A program made the translations under genes and the position numbers. Positions 26,510 to 39,244 of a stretch of DNA of 64,000 bases are shown here, piece after piece; the first letter of the stretch is position 1; each line of letters opens with the position of its first letter. The notes beneath the pieces were generated by a model. The model had not been told where the DNA came from and searched no databases. It worked only from the letters and a program-made list of their open reading frames with translations. The DNA is from Octopus vulgaris (taxonomy: Eukaryota): NCBI GenBank assembly GCA_951406725.2, contig OX597814.1, positions 185,690,001-185,754,000 of the forward strand, given 5' to 3'.

Positions 26510-26724
26510 TCTCTTTACTCTTTTATTTGTTTCAGTCATTTGACTGTAGCCATGCTGGAGCACAGCCTTTAGTCGAGCAAATCGACCCTAGGACTTATTC
26601 TTTGGAAGCCTAGTACTTATTCTATCGGTCTCTTTTGCTGAACTGCTAAGTTACGGGGATGTAAACACACCAGCATCAGTTGTCAAGCGATGTTACGGAA
26701 ACAAACACAGACACACAAACATAT

Positions 26725-26765
<41 letters not shown>

Positions 26766-26858
26766 CGATGGGCTTCTTTCAGTTTCCGTCTACCAAATCC
26801 ACTCACAAAGCTTTGATCAGCCCGAGGTACTATGCAGTGGGACTGAACTCAGAACCGT
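26510..26858 (-). mobile_element. SINE-A, 5'-truncated
   Basis: Family motifs. Confidence 0.85.
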
Positions 26859-26898
26859 CTAGTACACTCAGTGTGCTTGTCCAGTTCTTCATCTAATC

Positions 26899-27559
26899 CA
26901 ATGTTTCTGAAACTTTTTTTTTTAACCTACAGACCCCTTTGATTCCTATTTTACTTGGATGGACCCTCCTAGGCATTTGATGGTTAAATAAATTCTATTA
27001 TATTTTCATAATTAAATATTCTTTTCTACTCTAGGCACAAGGCCCCAAATTTTGGGGGAGGGGGCCAGTCGATTAGATTGACACCAGTACGCAACTGGTA
27101 CTCAATTTATTGACCCCGAAAGGATGAAAAGCAAAGTCGACCTTGGGAGAATTTGAACTCAGAATGTAAAGTCAGACAAAATACTGCTATGCATTTCACC
27201 CGGTGTGCTAACATTTCTGCTAGCTCACTGCCTTTTTAAGGTTAAATATCATTATTGTTATATTTGGGAATAGTCATATTTTTTGCCAATTAACCACGTG
27301 CACTATATATTCATCCTTCACTTCAGCTTTGTTCTTATTTTAGTGTCCTTTGTCTTAAATCTTTCATCACACATCCTGTGACCTCTTCAGTGACTCTCTA
27401 TCTCCTGTGTCTCCTGCTGTTATTAGGAATTGTATAAAAAACAATTATTAAAATATTTTGTCTACTGTAGAAGCATAGCAATTTATTGCAGATAAGTTTT
27501 AACAACAAACTCCTACATAGACCCCTAAGGGACAAATCGACCCCTGTTGAGAACAACTG
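26899..27559. mobile_element. hAT-type MITE with nested SINE-B (~27020-27235) and a Penelope-like piece
   Basis: Termini CAATGTTTCTGAA / TTGAGAACAACTG. 8-bp TSD ATCTAATC / ATCTATTC. Confidence 0.7.
27352..27394 (-). ncRNA. degenerate hammerhead-like motif
   Basis: Minus strand reads gtca-CTGAAGA-g-GTCACA ggatg TGTGAT-GAAA-gatttaagac. Stem III is weak. Confidence 0.4.
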
Positions 27560-27876
27560 ATCTATTCTCATGTTATTATAGCTTTTGATGTTAACCCACC
27601 GAGGTCGGCTTTGTCCTTCATCTTTTCGAGCATTGATAAATTAAGTACCAGTTGCACACTGGGGTCGATCTATTCGACTGGCTCCCTCCCCGCAAATTTC
27701 AGGCCTTGAGCCTATAGTAGAAAGGATTGTACTCTTTTGCTGTTAAGTATATACAGTAAGTACACATTTCTCTCCTTTACTATTCAGTTAGTATCATCTA
27801 AGTGATATAACATGGCACTGAAAACCTGTTTGGACTGCTCTAATACTCATGTCTCATTCCTCCATCTCACATAGAT

Positions 27877-28282
27877 TCTTATTTCTTTATTGCCCACAAG
27901 GGGCTACATACAGAGGGGACAAACAAGGATAGACAAAGGGATTAAGTCGATTATATCGAACCCAGTGCGTAACTGGTACTTATTTAATCGACCTCAAAAA
28001 GATGAAAGGCAAAAATCAACCTTGGCAGAATTTGAACTCAGAACGTAGCGGCAGACTAAATACCTATTTCTTTATTACCCACAAGGGGCTAAACATAGAG
28101 GGGACAAACAAGGACAGACATAGGTATTAAGTCGATTATATCGACCCCAGTGCATAACTGGTACTTATTTAATCGACCCCGAAAGGATGAAAGGCAAAGT
28201 CAACCTCGGCGGAATTTGAATTCAAAATGTAGCAGCAGACGAAATACCACTAAGCATTTCGCCCAGTGTGCTAACGATTCTA
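27877..28282 (-). mobile_element. SINE-B head-to-tail dimer inside one TSD
   Basis: Two ~190-bp units. TSD CCATCTCACATAGAT at 27862 and 28283. Confidence 0.88.
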
Positions 28283-28399
28283 CCATCTCACATAGATCCT
28301 GTCAGTGTCACAGTTGGTGTAGAAGTTACAAGTGGTCATTAGTATTTTCTTAGCCTTGATGTCCAATTTGCCTATTTCTTCAAGTGTCCAGTCAGATAC

Positions 28400-29000
28400 C
28401 CCAAAAGTTGGCCCTTGCACTGACACTGAAAAGGCACTGTATGAGATGGTTTTATTGAATACAGACAGCTCTGACTTCCATTCCTTCTAAAGTCTGCAGA
28501 CATATACTTTTGTCTGTCTAGCTTTATTCACAGCATCAACATATGTAATATTCTCATCAATTCCTAGGTAGTTGTAACATTCAATATTGGAGATAGACTG
28601 TTGGTATCCATATTTCTTGCCTAGTTGGCAATCTTTCTTCATTTGACAACCAAGTATGAACTCTTATCCTGACCAATCTCCATTCTTATGCCTCACAAGA
28701 ATGCTGTAGCCGATTCTATCATTTGGGGGTCATAAATATTGCTCAAAAACAGCTAAGATCATCAACAAAAATGGTGTGGGTGATATTAATTTTTTTCTCT
28801 CCTCTGCAGATTCTCTCATGAAGCCTTTACATTTCTTTAACAGAATTGACAAAGGATTCACTGCTAGAATAAGAAGCATTACAGAGAAGCTGTCACCTGG
28901 CAATTCTCCTGTTGATTGCCTAATTCTGTAAGTGATTATAGTAATAGCTTCAGTTTTTATCAATAGATCTGTGGACCATGTTGCCATCAGTTTCTTGAAT
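28400..29000 (-). pseudogene. decayed non-LTR RT fragment (R4/Dong-like)
   Basis: GDSFSVMLLILAVNPLS (RT motif B), IFVDDL in another frame, and YNYLGIDE. Confidence 0.65.
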
Positions 29001-29152
29001 TTGCCCCTAAATTTAGCTGTTAATGTTTCTTGTTGCCAGTTTGTGTAGATCTTAAATTATCATAAAGTCACAGCTGGTTGTCTGTGAATTTATTATTCAT
29101 TTGGCACTTGACACTCTTTAACTATTCAATATTTTTCCCAAGTCTGCTGATA

Positions 29153-29582
29153 TTTTACTTTTCTTTTTCTTTCTTTCTTTTACTTGTTTCAGTCATTTGA
29201 CTACGGCCATGCTGGAGCACCGCCTCTAGTCGAGCAAATCGACCCCAGGACTTATTCTTTGTAAGCCCAGTACTTATTCTATCGGTCTCTTTTGCCGAAC
29301 CGCTAAGTGACGGGGAAGTAAACACACCAGCATCGGTTGTCAAGCAATGCTAGTGGGACAAACAGAGACATACACACACACATACACACACACACACATA
29401 TATATATATACATATATACGACAGGCTTCTTTCAGTTTCCGTCTACCAAATCCACTCACAAGGCATTGGTCGGCCCGGGGCTATAGTAGGAGACACTTGC
29501 CCAAGGTGCCATGCAGTGGGACTGAACCCGGAACCATGTGGTTGGTTAGCAAGCTACTTACCACACAGCCACTCCTGCGCCT
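29153..29582 (-). mobile_element. SINE-A, full length
   Basis: Family match. Confidence 0.92.
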
Positions 29583-29859
29583 ATTGAGAAGAATTGCATT
29601 TTGATTGTGTTTTCTCACTACAATTAATCTCCTTTACTCCAATCTATTGGCAAATTGTGACCACAACACAATATAGTAAGACATTCGAATATCCAAAAGT
29701 TAGAATTTTCAACCTGAACTGGTTGTTCCTTAGCAACTTGATTGATCAAAGATAAAATCAAACCAGTAGGTTTTCTTTTGATTTACACCATGACTGTCCT
29801 TTCGTGTCATTGTTTATTCATATAAATGATGAAATTTCATTTGAATTTTGCAGTCAATT

Positions 29860-30545
29860 GTCGTCGTCGTCATCATCATCATCATCATCATCGTTTAATG
29901 TCCGCTTTCCATGCTGGCATGGGTTGGACGATTTGACTGAGGACTGGCGAGACAGATGGTTGCACCAGGCTCCAATCTGATCTGGCAGAGTTTCTACAGC
30001 TAGATGTCCTTCTTAATGCCAACCACTCCGAGAGTGTAGTGGGTGCTTTTACGTGCCACCAGCACGAGGGCTAGTCAGGTGGTACTGGCAACGGCCACAC
30101 TCAAATGGTGTTTTTACATGGCACCTGCACAGGAGCCAATCCAGCAACACTGGCAAAGACCTCGCTTGAATGTTGTTTTTCACATACCACTGGCACAAGT
30201 GCCAGTAAGGCGATGTTGGTAACGATCACGCTCGAATGGTGCTTTTTACGTGCCGCCAGCACGGGGGGGGGGGGCAGTCAGCAGCCCTGGCAATAATCAT
30301 GCTCCGATGGTGCTCTTAGCACTCCACTAGCACGGGTACCAGTCATGCGGTGCTGTCATCAAATTTGATTTTGATTTCACTTGCCTCAACAGGTCTTCGC
30401 AAGCATAGTGTCCAATGAAGGAAAAGTATGCATAAGTGGTCTGGTTACACCACTGGCATCAGCCACAGGTTATGGTCTCACTTGGCTTGCCGGGACTTCT
30501 CAAGCACAGCATATTTCCAAAGGTCTCGGTCACTAGTCATGGCAC
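29860..30545 (-). mobile_element. RTE-clade LINE 3' end: ORF terminus, 3' UTR with repeat array, (GAT)n tail
   Basis: Minus strand reads AMTSDRDLWKYAVLEKSRQAK* followed by the UTR shared with more than 10 truncated copies. Confidence 0.8.
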
Positions 30546-30819
30546 CAGCACAGGACTCTTATACAGTTTCATTTGAATTTTGCAATCATGTATTTAAGTT
30601 ATTTAAATTCTTCCTTCATTTCCATTTGTTCATGAGCAGCTACTGCACAGCCATATAATCCTGGCATCCTCGACTCAGTGTTGTTCTTGTTGTTCTTATG
30701 GTCGCATTGGTTACAGTTTGTACAGGACTCTTGTAGATCAATCCTCACTACCAGGTGAACAGGTCTTAACACTTCTGCTGTGGAGTACAAGTCTTCTTGG
30801 GTACAGCAAGACACTAGAC

Positions 30820-30942
30820 ATCTCAGTCCTTTGTCATTTTGACTGAAAGGTTCAGTATCCTAAGGTCGTTCTTCAGTACTTCATCCCATGTCTTCCTAAG
30901 TCTTCCATTTCCACATGTTCCATCTACTTTGAGAGATCAGCA
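30820..30942 (-). mobile_element. RTE LINE ORF C-terminal fragment
   Basis: Translates VDGTCGNGRLRKTWDEVLKNDLRIL, matching the GRP.K.W...V..DL motif. Confidence 0.65.
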
Positions 30943-31104
30943 ATATGGTAGATATTCCAAATTTTATTTCAGCCATTAGAATAACTTGGAACTTATGAAA
31001 AAAGAGGCCAACTAAAAGCCAGAAGTTAAGCACAGACATTTAGGACGAACTTATGAAAATGCTTTGAACATGGAAAGAGTTAATTGTTGCTCTTCCTCAG
31101 GTAG

Positions 31105-31560
31105 GATCTGGTATGTGAAGAGGTTGCTGGAATGGCCATGGGCACCAGAATGGAACCCAAGAATGCTGGCTTATTTGTTGGCTATCTTGAGTTCCAAATA
31201 TTTGATCTGGTATGTGAAGAGGTCACTGGAATGGCCATGAGCACCAGAATGGAACCCAACAATGTTGGCTTATTCGTTGGCTATCTTGAGCACCAAATAT
31301 TTGATCTGATATGTGAAGAGGTCACTGGAATGGCTATGAGCACCAGAATGGAACCCAAGAACGCTGGTTTATTTGTTGGCTATCTTGAGTTCCAAATATC
31401 TGATCTGATATGTGAAGAGGTCACTGGAATGGCCATGAGCACCAGAATGGAACCCAACGATGCTACCTTATTTGTTGGCTATCTTGAGTTCCAAATATTT
31501 CTCCAATTCACTGGGAGGTATCTGGTTATTACATTAACAACTGCATCAGTGCCACTTCTG
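31105..31560 (+). pseudogene. Penelope-like RT fragment with motif B in a 4x99-bp tandem array
   Basis: Units start at 31105, 31204, 31303 and 31402 and encode VTGMAMSTRMEP..A.LFVGYLE.QIF. Downstream YYINNCISATS resembles RYIDDCIGATS. Confidence 0.75.
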
Positions 31561-32022
31561 TCTTCCAAGAAGAGGGTGTGATTTGAGGCAGATTTGGCAG
31601 TTATTCTTAACCAGTGGAGTGATCTCGTATTGGCTTGTGTTTGCTTCTTCTAATCCTGTTGCTGGAAACATTGCCAAGTGTATTGACACAACCTGCACAC
31701 ATCGTTTTATTGGTGCAAGCGTGTAATCAGGATTTATGGGCCACAGCATGCAGTAAATGCATTGACATATTAAAAACAAGGTAGGCTTGAAACAGATGGT
31801 GGTGATAATGATTGCAACAATGATGCGGATGGTGGTAGTGGTGAAGAAAGAGGATGATGACTTGAGCAGATTTTTATCTCAGCATTGTCAGTCATCAAAC
31901 TCAGTTATCAATTTCAAGTCAGTGTTTGTTTCGCTCTCTACCACTCTATCAATTTCTCCCTTTTCTCTCTCTCTCTCTCTCTCTTTCTCTAATGTAATAA
32001 ATATATATATATATATATATAT

Positions 32023-32023
<1 letters not shown>

Positions 32024-32116
<93 letters not shown>
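32024..32116. repeat. (GATA)n microsatellite
   Basis: Directly visible. Confidence 0.97.
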
Positions 32117-32741
32117 TCAGATGAATATGGTACTTAAGTTGAGGCACCAGAATTTAGTACAGTATTATCCATACAATTTCAAAATAAGGTGATTAAAATC
32201 AAAATAAGCAACAAGTATATCCAGAATATATCCAAAATATATATATATTTTTTTTTATACTTTTATTCTTTTACTTGTTTCAGCCATTTGACTGTGGCCA
32301 TGCTGGAGCACTACCCGTAGTCATACAAATCGACCCCAGGACTTATGCTTTGTAAGCCTAGTACTTATTCTACCGGTCCCTTTTGCCAAAATGCTGAGTT
32401 ACAGGGATGTAAGAGAAAAGATAGAAGAGATAGATAGATATGTCCAGTCCTTAGGAGAGTGCTGAAAGAAAAGAAAGATGGACGATGGTCAACAAGAGAG
32501 AGAAGAGGAGAAAGAGGGGGAGAGTATTGGATGTATCTATTTCTCTCCTTCTATCTTTTCTTTTGTCAAAGAAAATATTTCTCCAGCATTCACTATTTTA
32601 CCCTCATTCTGGTCTAACAACCCTCCATGTTTGTTTTTATTCATTTTCCTTGTATGTCTCCACTGTCCTGTTTTTGTTCATGACTTTGACACTCCATAAA
32701 TCCAAAATTTTCTTTTGGTATTTATGGGAGCAACTCTCTTC

Positions 32742-33499
32742 AAGAGACCAAAGTGTACATACACTGCTATATGTATATAAAAACAGAATACAAAAAATGG
32801 GACAAGAAAGCAACAGGCAACAACAAGACATCCAGACAGTTAGATGATACAAATTTGAACAAGAAAAAACAAGGACGGGTCATTTGGAGTTTTCTTTCGT
32901 CAGTCGAGTTCCAGATTATCTTTGCAGTTTTAACTGGTTATACTCAAGACAGCTCCAATCTGGCCAGCCCCCAAGAAAAACTAAGCTAAGAGCACTAGAT
33001 TCCTTGGAAAAAAGCAGCAAATGTATACAAAAACAAGGATGGAAAAAACAGAGAAATGGTACACAAATACAAATGCAAACAACGGGACATTAACAACAGG
33101 TGTATTTTGACTAAGGGCGAATTAAATTAAGCTGGTATGTGTAGAAGTGAAAATTTCCTATTGTTTGCATTTGTATTTGTGTACCATTTCTCCAATTTTT
33201 TCCGTCCTTGTTTTCATATACATTCACTGCTTTCTTCCAAGAAATCTAGTGTTCTTAGCTTAGTTTTTTCTTGGGGCTGGCCAGATTGGAACAGTCTTGA
33301 GTATAACCAGCCAAAACTGCAATGATACTCTGGAACTCGACTGACGAAAGAAAACTTCGAATGATCCTTCTTTGTTTTTTTCTTGTCTCTTTTTGTATCA
33401 TCTAATTTTCTGGATGTCTTGTTGTCACCTATTGTGTTCTTGTCCCATTTTTTGTATTCTTTTTCATATACATATAGCGGCATATGTACACTTTGGTCT

Positions 33500-33502
<3 letters not shown>
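32742..33502. repeat. large imperfect inverted repeat, ~340-bp arms, ~78-bp spacer
   Basis: 32742-33082 is the diverged reverse complement of 33161-33502, e.g. TTTCTTTCGTCAGTCGAGTTCCAGA / TCTGGAACTCGACTGACGAAAGAAA. Confidence 0.92.
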
Positions 33503-33545
<43 letters not shown>

Positions 33546-34460
33546 TTATCCATGGATACATATATATAAGGTAAAAACTCATGTAATTTGAGCACCTGTA
33601 TAATTTACACAGGGGATTCTCAGGATAAAAATTGTTAAAAAACCTTCTACTCAGGTAAAATTCACACCTAAAAGTTTTCAGAATTGCTGATATGGCCAGG
33701 GGAAAATGGTTTTCAATTTAGCTGTATACAGAGTATCAAAATTTTAATCCCTGTCACACTTATAAAATGTTAAGCAAACTTTAAAATTTGTCATTACCAT
33801 TTTAGCCGGGAGATCAAACTAATAGTTTGGTAACCTGCTAAAATACACATTAAAAATCGAAAGGAGAAAATAAACAGCTTTGCAAGTTTAACTCAGTGTT
33901 TATTGAACAAGAGAGGTGTGAAATTTAAAAAGCAACTTGTTAGAATATACACGTCTGTGAGGAGACATAAACAAGAATAGCAAAAATCTACTATACCAAA
34001 AGAACTGGTAATACATCATACATGATGAGTATTCTATGAAGAGAACATAAGATTGCTGCATAATTCAACGGGTATGTGAAATGACATTAAACACCGTATA
34101 AGGTAAATGAAGGTTTCTGTAGGAATGCTACGTCATATTCACTTAGTGAGTTTACATGCGCAAGGGTGAATTATGATGTTGTTGTTGGCATTAGATGCAG
34201 TAAGAGCTGGTAGCGGTGAGGCCAGTGGTAATGAATTTCATTGTCCTAATGTGGAGAAAGCGAGCATTAGCTTCCTGGTGTGTGATTACCAGCATGAACG
34301 TCAAACTTCAAAAGGTAGTTAACCATTTAATGGTTTTAGTAAATTTATACAGAAAAAGTAAGCATTACACCCTCCAGCATAAATAAAAGTCAACTTCATT
34401 ATATTTTTTCTGTAAAAACCTATTCTGACATTAAAGGAGTCAACTTCCAGTATGAACCTC

Positions 34461-34879
34461 TTACTTATTCTTTACTCTTTTACTTGTTTCAGTCATTTGA
34501 CTGCGGCCATGCTGGAGCACCGCCTTTAGTCGAGCAAATCGACCCCAGGACTTATTCTTTGTAAGCCCAGTACTTATTCTATTGGTCTCTTTTGCCGAAC
34601 CGCTAAGTGACGGGGACGTAAACACACCAGCATCGGTTGTCAAGCAATGCTAGGGGGACAAACACAGACATACAAACACATATACACACACACTTATATA
34701 TATATACATATATACGACAGGTTTCTTTCAGTTTCCGTCTACCAAATCTACTCACAAAGCATTGGTCGGCCCGGGGCTATAGCAGAAGACACTTGCCCAA
34801 GATGCTACGCAGTGGGACTGAACCCGGAACCATGTGGTTGGTTAGCAAGCTACTTACCACACAGCCACTCCTGCGCCTA
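34461..34879 (-). mobile_element. SINE-A, full length
   Basis: Family match. Confidence 0.92.
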
Positions 34880-35319
34880 TGAATGTTTACATTTGTTTGT
34901 CATTTTTCAAGAAAAAGAATTTCTAAAAAAAATTCTGGAAACGATCTACTCATATAATTTATGCATCACCTAAAGTTTATTTTTGTAAAAAAAAGGGCGT
35001 AAATTACATGGGTTTTTATGGTATATATACATGTATTTCTGCCCTCATTCTTAATCACTCTCTCTCTTTCCTTCTTTTGCTCTTCTCTCCAGCTAGGTAA
35101 CCATCAATCTCTTTTACAGCAACACACCTGTTCCTGCCCTCTTTCTTGTTAACTCTCTCTCTCTCTCTTTTGCTCGCTCTCTCTCTCTCCCTCCCTCTCT
35201 TTCTCTCTCTCTCCCTCTCTTTCTCTCTCTCTCTCTCCCTCCCTCTCTTTCTCTTCCTCCCTCTCTCCCTCTCTTTCTCTCTCTCTCTCTCTCTGTGGCT
35301 GGGTAACCATGTACATCCT

Positions 35320-35735
35320 CTACAGCAAAACACCTGTTTCTGCCTCTCTGTCACACTCTAACCATTCTTCATCTGACACAAGATCACCTCATCCAATGCC
35401 CCCTCCCCTCCCAAAGATTCCTTGCCTTGAAAAGTTTCTTGGTGACCTTGCCAGTGCTGGTGACACTTAGAAAATATCCAGTCCACACTGTAAAGAGGTT
35501 GGTGTTTGGAAGGGCATCCAGTTGCAAGAACCACACCAAAACTGACCTTGCCTGTGCTAGTGTCACATAAAAAGCACTTAGCCTACTCTATGAAGGGCAT
35601 CCAGCCATAAAAATTGTGCCAAAACAGACACAGAAATATGGTGCAGGATTCTGCCTGGCCAGCTCCTGTCAAGCCATCCAACCCATACCAGAATGGAAGG
35701 AAGACATTAAACAATGATAATGACTATGGTGATGA

Positions 35736-35740
<5 letters not shown>
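35320..35740 (+). mobile_element. older RTE-type 3' UTR variant
   Basis: GGAAGGGCATCCAG occurs twice, then CCAACCCATACCAG..ATGGAAGG..GAT tail. Matches 63533-63975 in reverse. Confidence 0.6.
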
Positions 35741-35772
<32 letters not shown>

Positions 35773-35990
35773 TAAAAACGGTAAGATAACAAAAGAAAGA
35801 AAGAGACCTCAATATTATGTAAATAGAGGAAATATATATATATATATATATATGTTTGATTTGCCTAATAGTGGTTTTATCTCTAATTTAATATAATATA
35901 ATATAATATAATATATTTATACTATAAAATTGGATTTAATCCTAAATCTAATTTTTCCCTGTAAGTTTGGATTTATTCCCTAATATTATC

Positions 35991-36027
<37 letters not shown>

Positions 36028-36158
36028 ATGAAATATGACCCAACATCTCTTCTTTATTATATCTAAACAAGTTGACATCTAACACATTAAACTTATCTTG
36101 TTAAACCACAGACCTCTTGGACTAGACAAGATCATGTTCATTCTTATTTTCATTTCCT

Positions 36159-36390
36159 GTAACCCTTTAGTATTCAGATTACTCCATCACATCAAGTGCT
36201 TATTTATTCAAATTGTTTTGAATTAACCATGCATTATCTCATAGCTTTCAGACTTCAATGATGTGATTGATTGTTTACTTTTAAAATGACATTGCAGAGT
36301 AGTTGTGAGAGGCCTGACCTCGTTGCTATGAACACAAAACAGGTAGAATATTTGGGCTTGTTATGGCCAGTTTGAATGCTAAAGGGTCAA
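36159..36390. mobile_element. piggyBac-like MITE
   Basis: AACCCTTTAGTATTCAGATTAC ... AATGCTAAAGGGTCAA. Confidence 0.65.
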
Positions 36391-36774
36391 GAGAAATTAG
36401 CATTTTTCATTTTCTTAAGAAGCTTATGGTTAGGGGTTCAATCCCACAGTATTTCTACTGCAGCCTTGGGCTGATCCATGACTTGTGAGAAAATTTGGTA
36501 GATGGAAATTGTGTGGAAGCAAAGGCACAAGCATCGCTGGGTATGTTTAACTCTTTAGCATTTAAGTCAGTCATATCTGGCCTAAATGTTCTATCTGTTT
36601 TATATTCAAACCAGCCTGGTCAGGACTCTCACACCTGTCATACAATGTCATTGTAAACATGAACAATCACATCATCAAAATCTCATGGCTAAAAGTTAAG
36701 CCTTTCTATGATAGGCACAAGGCCTGAAATTTGTGGGAGGGGGACTAGTCGATTATATTGACCACAGTGCTCAA

Positions 36775-37084
36775 TGGCCCAGTGGTTAGGGCATCGGACA
36801 CGCGGTCGGTGGATCACGGTTTCGATTCCCAGACCGGGCGTTGTGTGTGTTTATTGAGTGAAAACACCTAAAGCTCCACGAGGCTCCAGCAGGGGGTCGC
36901 GGCAATCCTGTTGTACTCTTTCACCCCAAATTTCTCACAATCTTTCTTCCTGTTTCTTGAGTTATGCTGCGATGGACTGGCGTCCCGCCCAGCTGGGGGG
37001 GAACACATATGCCACAGAAACCGAGAAACTGGGCCCATGAGCCTGGCTAGGCTTGAAAAGGGTGCATAAATAAAAAATAAATAA
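36775..37084 (+). mobile_element. tRNA-derived SINE family D inserted into a SINE-B copy
   Basis: A-box TGGCCCAGTGGT, B-box GGTTTCGATTCCC, A-rich tail. TSD ACAGTGCTCAA at 36764 and 37085. Confidence 0.85.
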
Positions 37085-37533
37085 ACAGTGCTCAACTGGT
37101 ACTTATTTCATTGACCCCCTCCAAAAGGGCAAAAGGCAAAGTTGACCTCGACGGAATTTAATTCAAAACAATGTAACTAAATAAGTATCACATTTAACAG
37201 AGTAATCTGAATTCTACAGTTCTTCGGTTTTGGAGTCCCTATGCAGCAGCTTTAATCCATTGCCTGGTTTAACACCACCACTTAGTCCTAGGCAGATTTA
37301 AGAAGAACCTGCTCGGCTGCAAGTGTTCAAGGTCAGGTTTCTGACTTGAGGATAGTTTCCTCCCTACCTTCCCTCTATCATCATCATCATTTAACATCCG
37401 CCTTCCATGCTGGCTCTATCTTGAAGTAAATGTATGAGTGCCATGGGTACCTCTCTCCACTCCTTACATAAGTGGTAAAATAATGTATAGTAGTAGTAGT
37501 AGCAGCAGCAGCAACAGAAGTATTAATAGTTAT

Positions 37534-37851
37534 TTTTTATTATTTATGTGCCCTTTTCAAGCCTAGCCCGGCTCATGGGCCCAGTTTCCCAGTTTCTATG
37601 GCGTATGTGTTCCCCTCTGCTGGACAGGATGCCAGTCCATCACAGCGTTACTCAAGAAACGGGAAGAAAGAGTGAGAGAAAATTGGGGTGACAGAGTACA
37701 GCAGGGGTCACCACCACCCCCTGCCAGAGCCTCGTGGAGCTTTTAGGTGTTTTCACTTAATAAACACACACAACGCCCAGTCTGGGAATCGAAACCGCGA
37801 TCCTCCAACCGCAAGTCTACTGCCCTAACGAGTGGGCCATTGCGCCTCCAC
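37534..37851 (-). mobile_element. SINE family D, full length
   Basis: Reverse complement of the 36775 copy. TSD ATTAATAGTTAT at 37522 and 37852. Confidence 0.85.
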
Positions 37852-38633
37852 ATTAATAGTTATAGTCATTTCAAATTTGAGCTGTGTTTTGTTAGTTCTT
37901 CAGCTCTAAGAAATCTCTGAACTAGTGAACCTATGAACAAAAGCCTTCCAGCTGTGACCATCACATATATATATAAAGCAATCTTTCCTAAAATGATATT
38001 ATGCAAAGTGCTTGTCCTTTATCAAGACAGCAGGATGTCGTTTGAGGGAAATTTAGCTGCTATTTTCATCAAGTTAGAAGCTCTTTTGTTGGCAGTATTT
38101 AATTTTGCTGACAACAATGCTTAATGCGTAACTATTTTAGTTCAGATAATGTGTCAGCTTCAAAGAAAGTCAGCTATCATTAGGCTAAAACTTCTTGAAG
38201 ATAGTATCATTAATAGCCAGAGCTAATGGATTTCATTCCTTATGATAATAAAATTAAATGAATTTAAATTTTATTTCACAAAACCTCATCCTATACATCT
38301 GATATCAGCTATGTCATAGAGGGCAGCCTTCAAATTGTGACCTATTGTTTGTATATTAAAAGCTAGGTTGTTAAGACGCAAAGTAATGGTTTCTGTTTCC
38401 AGCCAGAACCTTAATTGGTTTGATTGAGTGATGATAACTTGATAAATAATTGCAACAGCAGAAATTGTCTCTTGAAAGTTGAACAATAGAGATGTTTGTG
38501 AAGAATTTTGCATCAACTCTACTGGCTTTCAGCAGTGTCATACCACAGTTGAACCAACAAAAGAACTGCTATCTGCTAGAAATAGCAGCCAAGAGTCTCT
38601 CAAACCATTAGCCCATTAGCATTCAGATTACTC

Positions 38634-38634
<1 letters not shown>

Positions 38635-38674
<40 letters not shown>

Positions 38675-39037
38675 GTTTAGCGTCCGCTTTCCATGCTGGC
38701 ATGGGTTGGACGGTTCAACTGGGGTCTGAGAAGCCAGAAGGCTGCACCAGGCCCAGTCTGATCCGGCAATGTTTCTACGGCTGGATGCCCTTCCTAACGC
38801 CAACCACTCCATGAGTGTAGTGGGTGCTTTTTACATGCCACCGGCACAGGTGTCAGACGAGGCTGGCAAACGGCCATGATCAGATGGTGCTTTTTACATG
38901 CCACCAGCACAGAGACCAGTCGTGGCTGGCAACAGCCACGATCGGATGGTGCTTTTTATGTGCCACTGGCATGGATGCCCATCGGGGCAGCGCTGGCAAC
39001 GGCCATGTTCGGATGGTGCTTTTTATGTGCCACTGGC
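38635..39037 (-). mobile_element. RTE LINE 3' UTR copy with repeat array
   Basis: (CAT)n, CGTTTAGCGTCCGCTTTCCATGCTGGC, and four GGTGCTTTTTA(C/T)(A/G)TGCCAC units. Confidence 0.82.
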
Positions 39038-39198
39038 AAATGTAAAGCTTATTTATTCATATTGTTTTGAATTCATCATACATTATCTCATAGCTGTGAA
39101 ACTTGGATGATGTGCAGTTCTATATTTAAGAGATGAGGAATTATGTACATTATTTATATTATTTACATTTGACGGATATTCGACAGAAATTTCCCCAA

Positions 39199-39244
39199 GG
39201 CACCTGAAGAAGGCTGGAGGGTATAGCAGCCGAAATGTTGTGTT
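39199..39244 (+). ncRNA. minimal hammerhead motif in a Penelope-like remnant
   Basis: ggcac-CTGAAGA-a-GGCTG gagggtatag CAGCC-GAAA-tGTT-gtgtt. It is enclosed by a ~37-bp inverted repeat (39143-39180 / 39267-39303). Confidence 0.6.

Noticed and set aside
33850-34300. Possible host exon in non-repetitive-looking sequence
   Set aside because: No ORF of 60 aa or more in the track and the frames I read hit stops. At most a faint resemblance to a decayed RTE ORF.
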